Notes under the pieces: model-generated
Databases searched by the model: none
What the model was told of the DNA's origin: nothing
The model's input: the letters and a program-made list of their open reading frames with translations, nothing else
Made by a program: the position numbers and the translations under genes
Part shown: one piece after another, positions 1-8,632 of the stretch
How the letters are laid out: every line of letters starts with the position of its first letter
How positions within the stretch are numbered: the stretch's first letter is position 1
NCBI GenBank assembly: GCA_036277175.1
Contig: DASUNL010000304.1
Location: 1 to 24,000, forward strand
DNA length: 24,000 bases
DNA from: Pyrinomonadaceae bacterium
GTDB taxonomy: Bacteria; Acidobacteriota; Blastocatellia; Pyrinomonadales; Pyrinomonadaceae
Reading direction: 5' to 3'

Positions 1-1
1 C

Positions 2-511
2 GCGCCGCGTCTGCAACAAAGCTTAGAGCCGAAGGTGACGGGCTGGATGGCGCACGCCTCGCCCTTCTCGTTCGAGGACGCGCCGATTCGCTACGCCGAA
101 GGCATCGCGCGCTTCCTCCACGGCTCGCCCGCCATCCCCGCGCTCTACGCCGCCGAGTCGGGCTACCGGGTCATCAACGAAATCGGCGTCGAGCGCATCC
201 GCCGGAAAAGCACGCGACAGACCGAGCGCCTCATCGCGCTGGCCGACGAGGCGGGACTAAAGGTCACAAGCCCGCGCGACCCCGCGCGTCGCGGCGGGAC
301 GATTACGCTCGCCGTCGAGCACGCCGCCGCAGTCACCAGCGAGTTGATTCGCCGCGAGTTCATCGTCGACTACCGCCCCGGCGCGGGCATCCGCGTCTCG
401 CCACACTTCTACACTAAAGACGAAGAACTCGACGCCGTCATCCGCGAGACGCGCACCATCATCGACACGCGCGCCTACGCCCAACACGAGACGGCGGGCG
501 CGGCCTTCTAA
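2..511 (+). CDS. kynU: Kynureninase, C-terminal part (5' end lies outside the window)
   Basis: The frame is open from base 2, so the listed M at 35 is internal. 'TGWMAH..PFSF', 'RFLHGSPAIPAL', 'IRRKSTRQTERL', 'SPRDPARRGG' and 'IVDYRPGAGIRVSPHFYTKDEELD' match the conserved C-terminal blocks of PLP-dependent kynureninases. kynA lies 5 kb downstream. Confidence 0.8.
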   Translation, partial: APRLQQSLEPKVTGWMAHASPFSFEDAPIRYAEGIARFLHGSPAIPALYAAESGYRVINEIGVERIRRKSTRQTERLIALADEAGLKVTSPRDPARRGGTITLAVEHAAAVTSELIRREFIVDYRPGAGIRVSPHFYTKDEELDAVIRETRTIIDTRAYAQHETAGAAF

Positions 512-564
512 AGCATCTCCGGGCACGTCCGATTGAATGAGTTGTGAGGCGCGGCGTGGAATCG

Positions 565-588
565 TTTCAACGTCGCCCGACGTTGAAA
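565..588. terminator. Stem-loop between convergent genes (putative bidirectional terminator)
   Basis: TTTCAACGTCG-cc-CGACGTTGAAA is a perfect inverted repeat (about 10 bp stem, 4 nt loop) with flanking A/T. It sits between the kynU stop (511) and the minus-strand stop at 625. Confidence 0.5.
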
Positions 589-624
589 TTCGTGACAAGC
601 ACTTCTCTAACGAATCACCGCCGC

Positions 625-1029
625 TCAGCAAATAGGATCATCGTGACACCCGATTGCGTACAAGAGCGCCAGCCCGCCCGCAGCGATTCCTAACCCGATG
701 CCGATTTTCGCGGTCAGTGAAAGGCCGCCCTGCTTTTTGACCTCAGTCACCTCTCGATAAGTCAGCGTTCTGGTTTGCCCGGTCTTGGAATCCGTCAGGG
801 TGAAGGAATCTTCTTCGGCCTGACTGATGTAGCCTTTCAGCTTCGACCCGTCTTGTAGCTTGACCTTCACGCGGGCTTTCTTACCCGTGCCGCGCTTGGC
901 GACGTCGGCTTTAACTTTCTCGACAGGCGGCGGCCTTTGATCTGCTCGGGCGAAGGCCAAGATGGGCATCGAATCAGCAGCATGAAGCAGCAGAGCCACT
1001 AAGCCGCACGACAAAAGTCTCTTCAGCAT
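625..1029 (-). CDS. Hypothetical small secreted / C-terminally membrane-anchored protein (134 aa)
   Basis: Internal ATG at 1029 is preceded by GAGGAGAAG (reverse strand). N-terminal signal-like 'MLKRLLSCGLVALLLHA', Lys-rich beta-type middle, C-terminal hydrophobic 'IGIGLGIAAGGLALLYAI'. The 65-aa upstream extension of the listed ORF overlaps the panE 3' end and looks non-coding. Confidence 0.6.
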   Translation of the reverse strand: MLKRLLSCGLVALLLHAADSMPILAFARADQRPPPVEKVKADVAKRGTGKKARVKVKLQDGSKLKGYISQAEEDSFTLTDSKTGQTRTLTYREVTEVKKQGGLSLTAKIGIGLGIAAGGLALLYAIGCHDDPIC

Positions 1030-1109
1030 TATCTTCTCCTCAGGAGTTGAAACGGGACTGCGCGAGGAGTCGGGATGATAGCAAAAAAAGCCGGTGCGGC
1101 ACGCCCCGT

Positions 1110-2036
1110 TTAGACCGTGCCGCGCGCGCGCAACTCCGAGGGCAGCAGACAGTGATAGATGAACTCGTGCAGGGGCGTCGGCACTTCCTTCTCGCGGCCC
1201 AGACGCACGACCGCGCCGTTCCAAGCCTCAAGCTCCGAGGGGCGGCCCGCGACGATGTCTCTGTGAAGTGACGTCGTTGAGTCGTGGGCGAGCGCGTCTA
1301 TCAGCCGCAAAGACTTCTCGACTATTCCCTCCCCCAACGAAACCCGGTGCGCGCGCGCGACCTCTAAAATCTCGCGCATGCCGCGCTCAATCAACCGGCG
1401 AGTTTCGGGCAGCGCGCGCAGGACGCCGACCGTCGCGCGTGCGAGCGCGCCCACTCCCCCGTAGGGCGCGACGAAGATGAATTTCTCCCACACGGCCGCG
1501 CGGATGTCGGGCGGGATTTCGGCTCTCACCCCCGCGCGCTCGAACACTCGTCGCAGACGCTCCGCGCGCTCGCTCGGCCTGCTATCCAGCTCGCCGAACT
1601 TGATGAAGTTGGTCTCGCCGATGCTGAGAATGTTTCCCGGACTGACGACGCGACTGATAGTCCCGCACAGGCCGTCCAAGACGTGACGCGCGCCCAACTC
1701 CGCGACCAGATGCCCCGCCGCCTCGACCCCGTTCTGCAAAGGCACGACGAGCGTCTCAGGTGTCATCATCGGGCGCATCGCGCGCGCCGCGTCCGCGATC
1801 TGCCACGTCTTGACGCCGAGGAGCACCACGTCGGCCGCGCCCGCCCGCGCCGGGTCGTCGGTCGCCTCCGCGCGAACGATGAACTCGCCTCCGGCCGTCT
1901 CGACGCGCAGGCCGCGCTCCTGAATCGCTCGGAGATGCTCGCCGCGCGCGATGAAGACCACTTCCTCACCGGCCCGCGCCAGACGCGCGCCGAAGTAGCC
2001 GCCCGCGCCGCCCGTGCCGTAGACCGCGATGCGCAT
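1110..2036 (-). CDS. panE: 2-dehydropantoate 2-reductase (ketopantoate reductase, ApbA/PanE family)
   Basis: Start 'MRIAVYGTGGAGGYFGARLARAG' is an N-terminal Rossmann GxGxxG motif typical of PanE. ATG at 2036 is preceded by GAGAGGAGAAG. About 309 aa, the usual family length. Confidence 0.8.
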   Translation of the reverse strand: MRIAVYGTGGAGGYFGARLARAGEEVVFIARGEHLRAIQERGLRVETAGGEFIVRAEATDDPARAGAADVVLLGVKTWQIADAARAMRPMMTPETLVVPLQNGVEAAGHLVAELGARHVLDGLCGTISRVVSPGNILSIGETNFIKFGELDSRPSERAERLRRVFERAGVRAEIPPDIRAAVWEKFIFVAPYGGVGALARATVGVLRALPETRRLIERGMREILEVARAHRVSLGEGIVEKSLRLIDALAHDSTTSLHRDIVAGRPSELEAWNGAVVRLGREKEVPTPLHEFIYHCLLPSELRARGTV

Positions 2037-2120
2037 CAACACTTCTCCTCTCGTGCAGGCCCGTCGCCGGCCGCGAACCAAGTGTTTGGAAATCGTGTGA
2101 ACTCTCTTAAGATTGTACAG

Positions 2121-3926
2121 ATGAGCATCTGGCAAATCATCCGTCGGCTAGTGCCGTTCGTGAAGCCTTACCGCCGATGGGTCGTCTTCTCTCTTGGCCT
2201 CACGCTTCTCGGCGCGTTCGCGGCGCAGGTCAACCCGATTGTTTTGCGCTACACGGTCGACACCATCGAGGGGCTTTTGCGCGAGGGCAAGAGCGCGTCC
2301 GAAGGTGCTTCGCTGCTCGTGCTCATCAGCGTGATTCTCTTCAGCAAGGAGATTCTCAACACGGGGTTGAAGTACGGGCAGAACCTCTTCGGGGAGAAGA
2401 TTCGCGTCAACGTTTCGAGCCGTCTCTCCCAGTTCGCCGTCGAGAAGATACTCACCTACCAGCTCGCCTTCTACAGCGACTCGGACAACCAGACCGGCAT
2501 CCTCCAGACGCGCATCGACCGCGGGGCCGAGAGCCTGACGAAGCTCGTGCAGAGCGCCTTCATCGACATCCTGCCTCTCTTCGCCAACGCCATCATGGCG
2601 CTCATCGTCATGTTCTACGCCAACGTCTACGTCGGCCTCGTGGCCTCGGCAATCCTGCCCGTCTACTTTTTGTTGAGCCACCGTCAGGCCTCGATGCTCA
2701 AGGGCGCGCGCAGGGGCTTGCGCGCACTGCGCGAGGCCAAGAATAACGGCCTTCATAACATCATCCAATCCATCGTCGTCATCAAGTCGTTCGTCCGCGA
2801 GGAGTACGAGAAGGAGAAACAACTACGTCTTCAGCAAAACCTCGTCACCGCGCAACTGAAACAGCGGCAGACCAACTTCATCTTTGACGGCCTGAAGACC
2901 TTCATCGAACAAATCGGCGTCGTGCTCATCATCATCCTCACCGCGTACCTCGTCCTCAACGCGCAGATGTCAATCGGCGCGATCATGTTCCACATCATGC
3001 TGTTCGGTAACGTCTCCGCGCCGATTCGACAACTGCACCGCATCTACGACGAGATGAACGACGCGCTGACTTACGCCGAGGGCTACTTCCAAATCCTCGA
3101 CGCCGACGAACAGACCGAGGCGAGCGGCGAGCTTGGCATGTCGCACCTCGAAGGCAGCTTCGAGTTAATCGACGTGAGCTTCACCTACCCGAACGGCACG
3201 CGGGCGCTCTTTAACGTCAACATGAAAATACCTTCGGGGAAGACCGTCGCGTTCGTCGGCCTTTCGGGGGCGGGAAAGTCGACGCTCCTCAATCTCCTGA
3301 CGCGCTTCTACACGCCGACGAGCGGGAAGATTCTTCTCGACGGCGTGGAGCTCGCCCGTTACGAGACCGATTTGCTGCGCCGCAAAATCGGCCTCGTCCT
3401 ACAGAAGAATCACATCTTCAAAGGCACGATTGAAGAGAACATCCGCTACGGGAACGTCAAGGCGTCTTTCCCCGAAATCGAAGAGGCGGCGCGCAAAGCC
3501 TTCCTTCACGAGCAGATCGAGAGGCTGCCGCAGAAGTACGAGACCGACGCGCAGATGCTCTCCGGCGGGCAGCAACAACGCATCGCCATCGCGCGCCTCT
3601 TCCTGAAAGACCCGCCCATCATCTTCCTCGACGAGCCGACGGCCAGCCTCGACGCCGTCGCCACCGAGCAGATTAAGAACAGCCTCGACGCGATTAAAGA
3701 GGAGCGCACCGTCGTCGTGATTTCGCACAGCATCTCGCAAATCATCGACGCCGACGTCATCTACGTGTTGAAGGAGGGCCGCGCCGTCGAACACGGCACG
3801 CACGAAGAGCTTTACGACCGGAACGGGACGTACCGCGAGATTTTCGACGCCTCGGCCCGCAGCCTCAACATCGACAAGATTTCGAGGACGCTCGACGTGG
3901 AATTCGCGCCCGACGCGGCCCAGTGA
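2121..3926 (+). CDS. ABC exporter, fused permease/ATPase (MsbA-like type I exporter family)
   Basis: Six-TM N-terminal domain. Walker A 'GLSGAGKST', signature 'LSGGQQQRIAIAR', Walker B 'IIFLDEPT', H-loop 'VVISHS'. The true start is taken as 'MSIWQIIRRL' at 2121. The 146-aa upstream extension of the listed ORF is antisense to panE and Arg-rich. Confidence 0.9.
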   Translation: MSIWQIIRRLVPFVKPYRRWVVFSLGLTLLGAFAAQVNPIVLRYTVDTIEGLLREGKSASEGASLLVLISVILFSKEILNTGLKYGQNLFGEKIRVNVSSRLSQFAVEKILTYQLAFYSDSDNQTGILQTRIDRGAESLTKLVQSAFIDILPLFANAIMALIVMFYANVYVGLVASAILPVYFLLSHRQASMLKGARRGLRALREAKNNGLHNIIQSIVVIKSFVREEYEKEKQLRLQQNLVTAQLKQRQTNFIFDGLKTFIEQIGVVLIIILTAYLVLNAQMSIGAIMFHIMLFGNVSAPIRQLHRIYDEMNDALTYAEGYFQILDADEQTEASGELGMSHLEGSFELIDVSFTYPNGTRALFNVNMKIPSGKTVAFVGLSGAGKSTLLNLLTRFYTPTSGKILLDGVELARYETDLLRRKIGLVLQKNHIFKGTIEENIRYGNVKASFPEIEEAARKAFLHEQIERLPQKYETDAQMLSGGQQQRIAIARLFLKDPPIIFLDEPTASLDAVATEQIKNSLDAIKEERTVVVISHSISQIIDADVIYVLKEGRAVEHGTHEELYDRNGTYREIFDASARSLNIDKISRTLDVEFAPDAAQ

Positions 3927-3981
3927 ATCGAGCGACCGCTGGTCGGGCCGCCGCGATGAAGTGGTGCGGGCCGAACGGCCT

Positions 3982-4800
3982 TTAGCTTCTCGTCGCGACG
4001 ACTTCGAGGTACTCGCCCTCGACGCGCGTCGCGCCCTCGGCCGCCTGATTGTGCTCGGCCCACAGGCGTTCAAGGTCACCGCGCAGAGCGGCCTGCCCCG
4101 CCTCGTCGAGCGCCGCGAACGCGCGCTGCGTCGGGCCGTAGAAGTTGCGGAAGAACTCGACGACCTCGGCGGGCGTGAACGAATATTCAAACAGGCACAT
4201 CCGACGCGCGAGTCGCAAGTCCGCGACGCCCGCGCGCAGACGCTCGCGCACCGTCTCTTCGTCGCCCCACTTGACGGGCGAAGGCATGTCGGGCGGCGGC
4301 GCGACGTGTCGGCCCGTGATTTTGAACATCTGGCCGACGAACCCTTCGGGCGTCCAGTTCGCCATCGCGACGCGCCCGCCCCGACGGCAGACGCGCAAAA
4401 GCTCGGACGCGACCAGCTCTGGACGCGGCGCGAACATCGCCCCGAACATGCTCACGACCACGTCGAACGTCGCGTCCGCGTAAGGCAGACTCTCGGCGTC
4501 GCCCTCGTCGAACTGAATCGTCAAGCCTTCCGCCTCGGCGCGCTGTCGCGCCTGTTCGAGCAGGTTCGCGGCGATGTCGACGCCCGTGACCTGTGCGCCC
4601 GCGCGCGCCGCGTGAATTGCGAGGTTGCCGCTGCCGCAGGCCACGTCGAGGACTCTCATGCCCGGCCGAAGTTCGAGGCGTTCGATGAACTCCCGCGCGC
4701 CCGTCTCGATGTGTTTCGCGACCTGACCGTAATCGCCCGCCATCCACATCGCTTTGAGTCTCGTCTTCAAAGCACCCATTTCGGAATTAAGTTCGCTCAC
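3982..4800 (-). CDS. Class I SAM-dependent methyltransferase (Methyltransf_11-like)
   Basis: Motif I '[12 protein letters not shown]', followed by 'VTGVDIA' and 'FDVVVSMFG'. 272 aa. Lies immediately downstream of the GNAT gene on the same strand. Confidence 0.85.
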   Translation of the reverse strand: MSELNSEMGALKTRLKAMWMAGDYGQVAKHIETGAREFIERLELRPGMRVLDVACGSGNLAIHAARAGAQVTGVDIAANLLEQARQRAEAEGLTIQFDEGDAESLPYADATFDVVVSMFGAMFAPRPELVASELLRVCRRGGRVAMANWTPEGFVGQMFKITGRHVAPPPDMPSPVKWGDEETVRERLRAGVADLRLARRMCLFEYSFTPAEVVEFFRNFYGPTQRAFAALDEAGQAALRGDLERLWAEHNQAAEGATRVEGEYLEVVATRS

Positions 4801-4831
4801 GGCTCGACTCCTTTCAAAAGCGCCCGAAGGC

Positions 4832-5287
4832 TCAAAGCTCTTTCGTCATGAAGACGCTGTGAGGGTCTTCGACGTAGTCCGCGAACGGCCCGCAGTAGGT
4901 GAAGCCGAAATTGGCGTACAGCTCGCGCGCAGGCTCGAAGGCCGCCGCCGACCCGGTCTCCAAACTCAGACGCGCGTAGCCGCGCCGCCCGGCCTCTTCG
5001 AGTATGTAACGGAGAAGATTCCGCGCGACGCCCTTCCTGAGATGGCGCTCGGACGTCCGCATCGATTTGATTTCGGCGTGTCGCGAGTCGAGTGCCTTGA
5101 GCGCCCCGCAGCCGAGCAGCTCGCCCTCTTCCCACACCGTCCAGAACGTGATGTCAGGGCCGCGCAGTTCCTCGACGTCGAGCGCGTGGACACTTTCGGG
5201 CGGCGAGTGCAGGAACATACTACGCAGGTGCTCCCGCAACAGCTCATGCACTTCGGGGCCGCTCAGGTCGTCGATTTTAATCTCCAT
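4832..5287 (-). CDS. GNAT family N-acetyltransferase
   Basis: 151 aa. Acetyl-CoA binding block '[29 protein letters not shown]' (R/Q-x-x-G-x-A/G type) and the C-terminal 'LYANFGF' motif typical of GNATs. Confidence 0.85.
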   Translation of the reverse strand: MEIKIDDLSGPEVHELLREHLRSMFLHSPPESVHALDVEELRGPDITFWTVWEEGELLGCGALKALDSRHAEIKSMRTSERHLRKGVARNLLRYILEEAGRRGYARLSLETGSAAAFEPARELYANFGFTYCGPFADYVEDPHSVFMTKEL

Positions 5288-5423
5288 CCGCCCACCGTTA
5301 TTTTTGATTCGCGCAAGACCGTGCGAGCGCGTCCGACGGACGCATATTAGACGCGACGCTTGGCGGCAGTAAAGATGCGGGGTTCGTCGGCGAGGTCGAG
5401 TTGAGTTGACACGTCGGGGCTGC

Positions 5424-5452
5424 TGGCAAGCGGGAGTGCGGGCCTTTATAAT
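5424..5452 (+). promoter_or_regulatory. Putative sigma70-type promoter of kynA
   Basis: Perfect -10 TATAAT at 5447-5452. Weak -35 TGGCAA at 5424-5429 with a 17-bp spacer. About 50 nt upstream of the kynA GTG. Confidence 0.35.
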
Positions 5453-5503
5453 CGTCCGAGTAAGTTATCAATCATTCGTTCCGTCAACACAGAGGGTTTA
5501 ATT

Positions 5504-6349
5504 GTGACCGAGCCTTTATCCTATAACAAGTACCTGCGCGTGCGTGACCTCATCGCCCTGCAAGACTGCCTGTCCGACCCGGCGCATCACGACGAGCTGC
5601 TCTTCATCACCATCCACCAAGCCTACGAGCTTTGGTTTAAGCAAATCCTGCACGAGCTGGACGCGGCCGTCGCGTCGATGAACGAAGACCGCGCGTTCGC
5701 CGCGACGCGGGCCGTCTTGCGCGTCGTCGAAATCGAGAAGCTGCTCGTCACGCAGATACACATCCTTGAGACGATGACGCCGATTAGCTTCCTCGGCTTC
5801 CGCGACGAGCTGAACCCGGCGAGCGGATTCCAGTCGATGCAGTTCCGCGAAATCGAGTTCTCGTCCGGCCTCAAGGACGAGCGCGTCATGCGCGCCTTCG
5901 ACGACGACGAGTTCGCCGCCCCGCGCCTCGGCGCGCGCATGAGCGCACCCTCGCTCGCCGACGCCTTCTACTCGTACCTGCGCCGTCGAGGCTTCGACGC
6001 GCCCGACGACCCGGCCGACTCGACCGACGAAGAGCGCCGCCGCGCCTACGGCCGCCGCACGCGCGCCGCGCTCGAAGTCCTGACCCACTTCGAGGAGCGC
6101 CCCGCCGAGTTTCAACTGTCGGAGGCGCTGCTCGCGCACGACGAATACTTCTCGCTCTGGCGCTCGCACCACATCAAGATGGTCGAGCGCATGGTCGGGA
6201 CGAAACGCGGCACGGGCGGGAGCGAAGGCGTCGGCTACCTGCGCACCACCCTCGACAAAAAGTTCTTCCCCGAACTCTGGGAGGCCCGCACCTACCTCGA
6301 CTCCAAACACGGCCGCGACGCGGGCTGCCCCTTCGCCGTTAAAACTTAA
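5504..6349 (+). CDS. kynA: Tryptophan 2,3-dioxygenase
   Basis: 'YNKYLRVRDLIALQ', 'HDELLFITIHQAYELWFKQILHELD', 'FLGFRDELNPASGFQSMQFREIEF' and 'GTGGSEGVGYLR' are the conserved TDO blocks, including the haem-ligand region. GTG start with AGAGGG upstream. Confidence 0.9.
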   Translation: MTEPLSYNKYLRVRDLIALQDCLSDPAHHDELLFITIHQAYELWFKQILHELDAAVASMNEDRAFAATRAVLRVVEIEKLLVTQIHILETMTPISFLGFRDELNPASGFQSMQFREIEFSSGLKDERVMRAFDDDEFAAPRLGARMSAPSLADAFYSYLRRRGFDAPDDPADSTDEERRRAYGRRTRAALEVLTHFEERPAEFQLSEALLAHDEYFSLWRSHHIKMVERMVGTKRGTGGSEGVGYLRTTLDKKFFPELWEARTYLDSKHGRDAGCPFAVKT

Positions 6350-6386
6350 ACCGAGCGCCGCCGCGCGCGGCGCGACCCGACCGACC

Positions 6387-7937
6387 ATGAACATCGAATT
6401 CCCCGAACGCTTCAACATGGCCGACTACTTCCTCTATCACAACGTGGAGGAGGGTCGGGAGAATAAGACGTGTCTGTATTACGGCGACGAGTCGTACACC
6501 TACGGCGAGGCGGCGCGGCTCTCGAACCGCGCGGGCAATGCTCTGCGCGAGGCGGGCCTCGAAGTCGAAGACCGCGTGCTCATCGTCCTGCCCGACTGCC
6601 CGGAGTTCGCTTGGGTCTGGTTCGGGGCGGCGCGCGTCGGCGGCGTCATCACGATGGTCAACCCGCTGCTTCCGGCCGAAGACTACCGCTACTATCTCGA
6701 ATACACGCGCGCCCGCGTCGCCGTCATACACGAGTCGATGCTTGAGACTTTCGCGGACGCGGCGCGCGGCGCACGATACTTAAAGAGCGTCCTCGTCGTC
6801 GGCGCGGAGAGCGGAGACTTCACTCCGCTTGCCGAGGCTCTCGACGCGCAAGGCGATGAGTGTCAGCCCGCCGACACGTCGCGCGACGACGTCGCCATCT
6901 GGCTCTTCACCTCCGGCTCGACCGGCCACCCGAAGGGCGCGGTTCACCTCCAACACGACCTCCCCTACAACACCGAGTGCTACGCCAAGCGCGTGCTCGG
7001 AGTCCGCGAGGACGACCTGACCGTCTCCGTCCCGAAACTCTTCTTCGGCTACGCGACGGGCACTAACCTCCTCTTCCCCTTCGCCGTCGGAGGCGCGACC
7101 GCGCTCTTCTCCGAACGCTCGACGCCCGAAAAGATTTTCGAGATGGTCGAGCGTCACCGCCCGACGATTCTCACGAGCGTCCCGACGATGATAGGCGCGA
7201 TGCTCAACCTCGAAGGCGCGCGCACGCGCGACCTCTCAAGTTTGCGCATGTGCCTGTCGGCGGGCGAGGCTCTGCCCGTCGAACTTTACAACCGTTGGAT
7301 GGAGGCGTTCGGCGTCGAGATACTCGACGGCATCGGCTCGGCCGAGATGTTCCACATCTACATCACGAACCGTCCGGGCGACGTGCGGCCGGGGAGTTTG
7401 GGTCGCGTCGTCGAGGGCTACGAGGCGCAAATCGTCGACGCCTCGGGGCAGCCCGTCCGTGTCGGCGAGATGGGGACGCTGAGGATTAAGGGCGACTCGG
7501 CCGCGCTCTGCTACTGGCAGGCGCACGAGAAGTCGAAGGCGACGTTCGCGGGCGACTGGTGTACGACCGGCGACCAGTTCCACGCCGACGACGAAGGCTA
7601 CTTCTGGTATCACGGTCGCACCGACGACATGCTCAAGGTGTCGGGCATCTTCGTTGCCCCGGCCGAGATTGAGAACTGCGTCCTTCAGCATCAGGCCGTC
7701 GCCGAGTGCGCCGTCGTCGGCCACGACGCGGGCGACGGGTTGGTGAAGCCGAAGGCGTTCGTCGTCCTGCGCGAGGGCCGCGCGCCCGACCGCGCGATGG
7801 AAGAGGACATCAAGTCATTCGTCAAATCCAAGCTCGCGCTCTACAAGTACCCGCGCTGGGTCGAGTTCGTCCCCTCGCTCCCCAAGAACGACCGCGGCAA
7901 GATTGACCGCAAGCAACTCAAAAGCGGTGACAAGTGA
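6387..7937 (+). CDS. Aryl-CoA ligase of the benzoate-CoA ligase family (AMP-forming); substrate unknown, anthranilate plausible
   Basis: N-terminus 'FPERFNMADYFL..N...GRENKTCLYY' is typical of benzoate / 4-hydroxybenzoate / 2-aminobenzoate-CoA ligases. AMP motif 'FTSGSTGHPKGAVH'. 'YHGRTDDMLKVSG' and a C-terminal 'DRGKIDRKQL' are also present. Confidence 0.85.
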   Translation: MNIEFPERFNMADYFLYHNVEEGRENKTCLYYGDESYTYGEAARLSNRAGNALREAGLEVEDRVLIVLPDCPEFAWVWFGAARVGGVITMVNPLLPAEDYRYYLEYTRARVAVIHESMLETFADAARGARYLKSVLVVGAESGDFTPLAEALDAQGDECQPADTSRDDVAIWLFTSGSTGHPKGAVHLQHDLPYNTECYAKRVLGVREDDLTVSVPKLFFGYATGTNLLFPFAVGGATALFSERSTPEKIFEMVERHRPTILTSVPTMIGAMLNLEGARTRDLSSLRMCLSAGEALPVELYNRWMEAFGVEILDGIGSAEMFHIYITNRPGDVRPGSLGRVVEGYEAQIVDASGQPVRVGEMGTLRIKGDSAALCYWQAHEKSKATFAGDWCTTGDQFHADDEGYFWYHGRTDDMLKVSGIFVAPAEIENCVLQHQAVAECAVVGHDAGDGLVKPKAFVVLREGRAPDRAMEEDIKSFVKSKLALYKYPRWVEFVPSLPKNDRGKIDRKQLKSGDK

Positions 7938-7943
7938 CGAGGA

Positions 7944-8073
7944 AGCTTTCAGGAGTCAGCTTTCAGCAGTCAGCTCACGGCCGTCCGCCGCACTTCGGAC
8001 GGCCGCCGCGATTGAACACAACCTCTCGCCCGCTCTATCAAAGCTGAGTGCTGAGTGCTGACTGCTGAAAGCT
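7944..8073. repeat. Intergenic composite inverted repeat with 7-nt periodic arms around a GC hairpin
   Basis: Left arm: AGCTTTC AGGAGTC AGCTTTC AGCAGTC AGCTCAC (7944-7978). Right arm: GCTGAGT GCTGAGT GCTGACT GCTGAAA GCT (8043-8073). 7958-7974 is a perfect 17-nt reverse complement of 8057-8073. Inner hairpin GGCCGTCCG-N8-CGGACGGCC at 7979-8004. Confidence 0.6.
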
Positions 8074-8090
8074 ATCTCTCCATTCGCTTC

Positions 8091-8504
8091 ATGCCCTTCT
8101 CGACAACTATCACCGTGCGCTTCGCCGACGTGGACGCGGCGGGGCTGGTCTATTACCCGGTGCTCTTTCATTACTGCCACGTGGCGATGGAGGAGTTCTT
8201 CGCGGCGCGGTGCGGCGTGACGTATGAGCGTCTGATGGCCGTCGAGCGCGTCGGCTTTCCGACGGTCAACGCGCGGGCCGAGTTCTTCGCGCCGCTCCTC
8301 TACGGCGAGACGGCAGAGGTGGAGGTCACGGTCTCGCGCGTCGGCATGAAGTCTGCGACCTTCGAGTATCGCATCCGTCGCGCGTCCGACGGGGTGTTGT
8401 GCGCGTCCGCCACACTCGTTCAGGCGTCGATGAATCTCGACACGCGCCGCGCCGTCCCTGTCCCCGAACCCTTGCGCCGCGCCTTCGCCGAGAGCGTTGC
8501 GTGA
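8091..8504 (+). CDS. 4HBT/YbgC-type hotdog-fold acyl-CoA thioesterase
   Basis: 'TVRFADVDAAGLVYYPVLFHYCHVAMEEFF' is the canonical N-terminal 4HBT block with a catalytic Asp. About 137 aa. ATG 8091 is preferred over 8055, which lies inside the repeat element. Confidence 0.8.
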   Translation: MPFSTTITVRFADVDAAGLVYYPVLFHYCHVAMEEFFAARCGVTYERLMAVERVGFPTVNARAEFFAPLLYGETAEVEVTVSRVGMKSATFEYRIRRASDGVLCASATLVQASMNLDTRRAVPVPEPLRRAFAESVA

Positions 8505-8632
8505 CCCACTAAAAAATCGGTTTTCCCGGCCGTTTTTCTGGAATTCGCGCTCGATTTGTTTCTGAAACCGTCGCGCGATTGCGCGTATCCTGTGGGGGCA
8601 GACCGAATAAAGTCTCCCGGAGGTTGCTCCCC

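Noticed and set aside
1083-1101. Possible terminator after panE (GCCG-cac-CGGC plus T7 on the minus strand)
   Set aside because: The T-run is good but the stem is only 4 bp, which is too weak to report as a feature.
1683-2120. 146-aa N-terminal extension of the ABC transporter ORF
   Set aside because: It overlaps panE on the opposite strand, is Arg-rich, and precedes a typical exporter N-terminus (MSIWQIIRRLVPF...) that starts at 2121.
3961-4851. 296-aa plus-strand ORF, and the 3399..4190 minus-strand ORF
   Set aside because: They are antisense to the SAM methyltransferase and to the ABC ATPase domain respectively. Both of those real genes carry clear motifs, and these ORFs carry none.
5516-6418. 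300-aa minus-strand ORF
   Set aside because: It is antisense to the tryptophan 2,3-dioxygenase gene, whose conserved blocks are unambiguous. The product is Ala/Gly/Val/Arg-rich with no motifs.
7944-8073. Possible CRISPR array or tandem-repeat locus
   Set aside because: The repeats are only 7 nt, contiguous, and arranged as two inverted arms. There are no 25-40-nt repeats with unique spacers and no cas genes. It is kept as an inverted-repeat element instead.
8055-8090. Upstream ATG start (8055) for the thioesterase
   Set aside because: It lies inside the right arm of the inverted repeat and adds a non-conserved 12-aa extension. The 4HBT fold typically begins near 'MPFSTTITVRF' (ATG 8091). 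It is retained only as an alternative.
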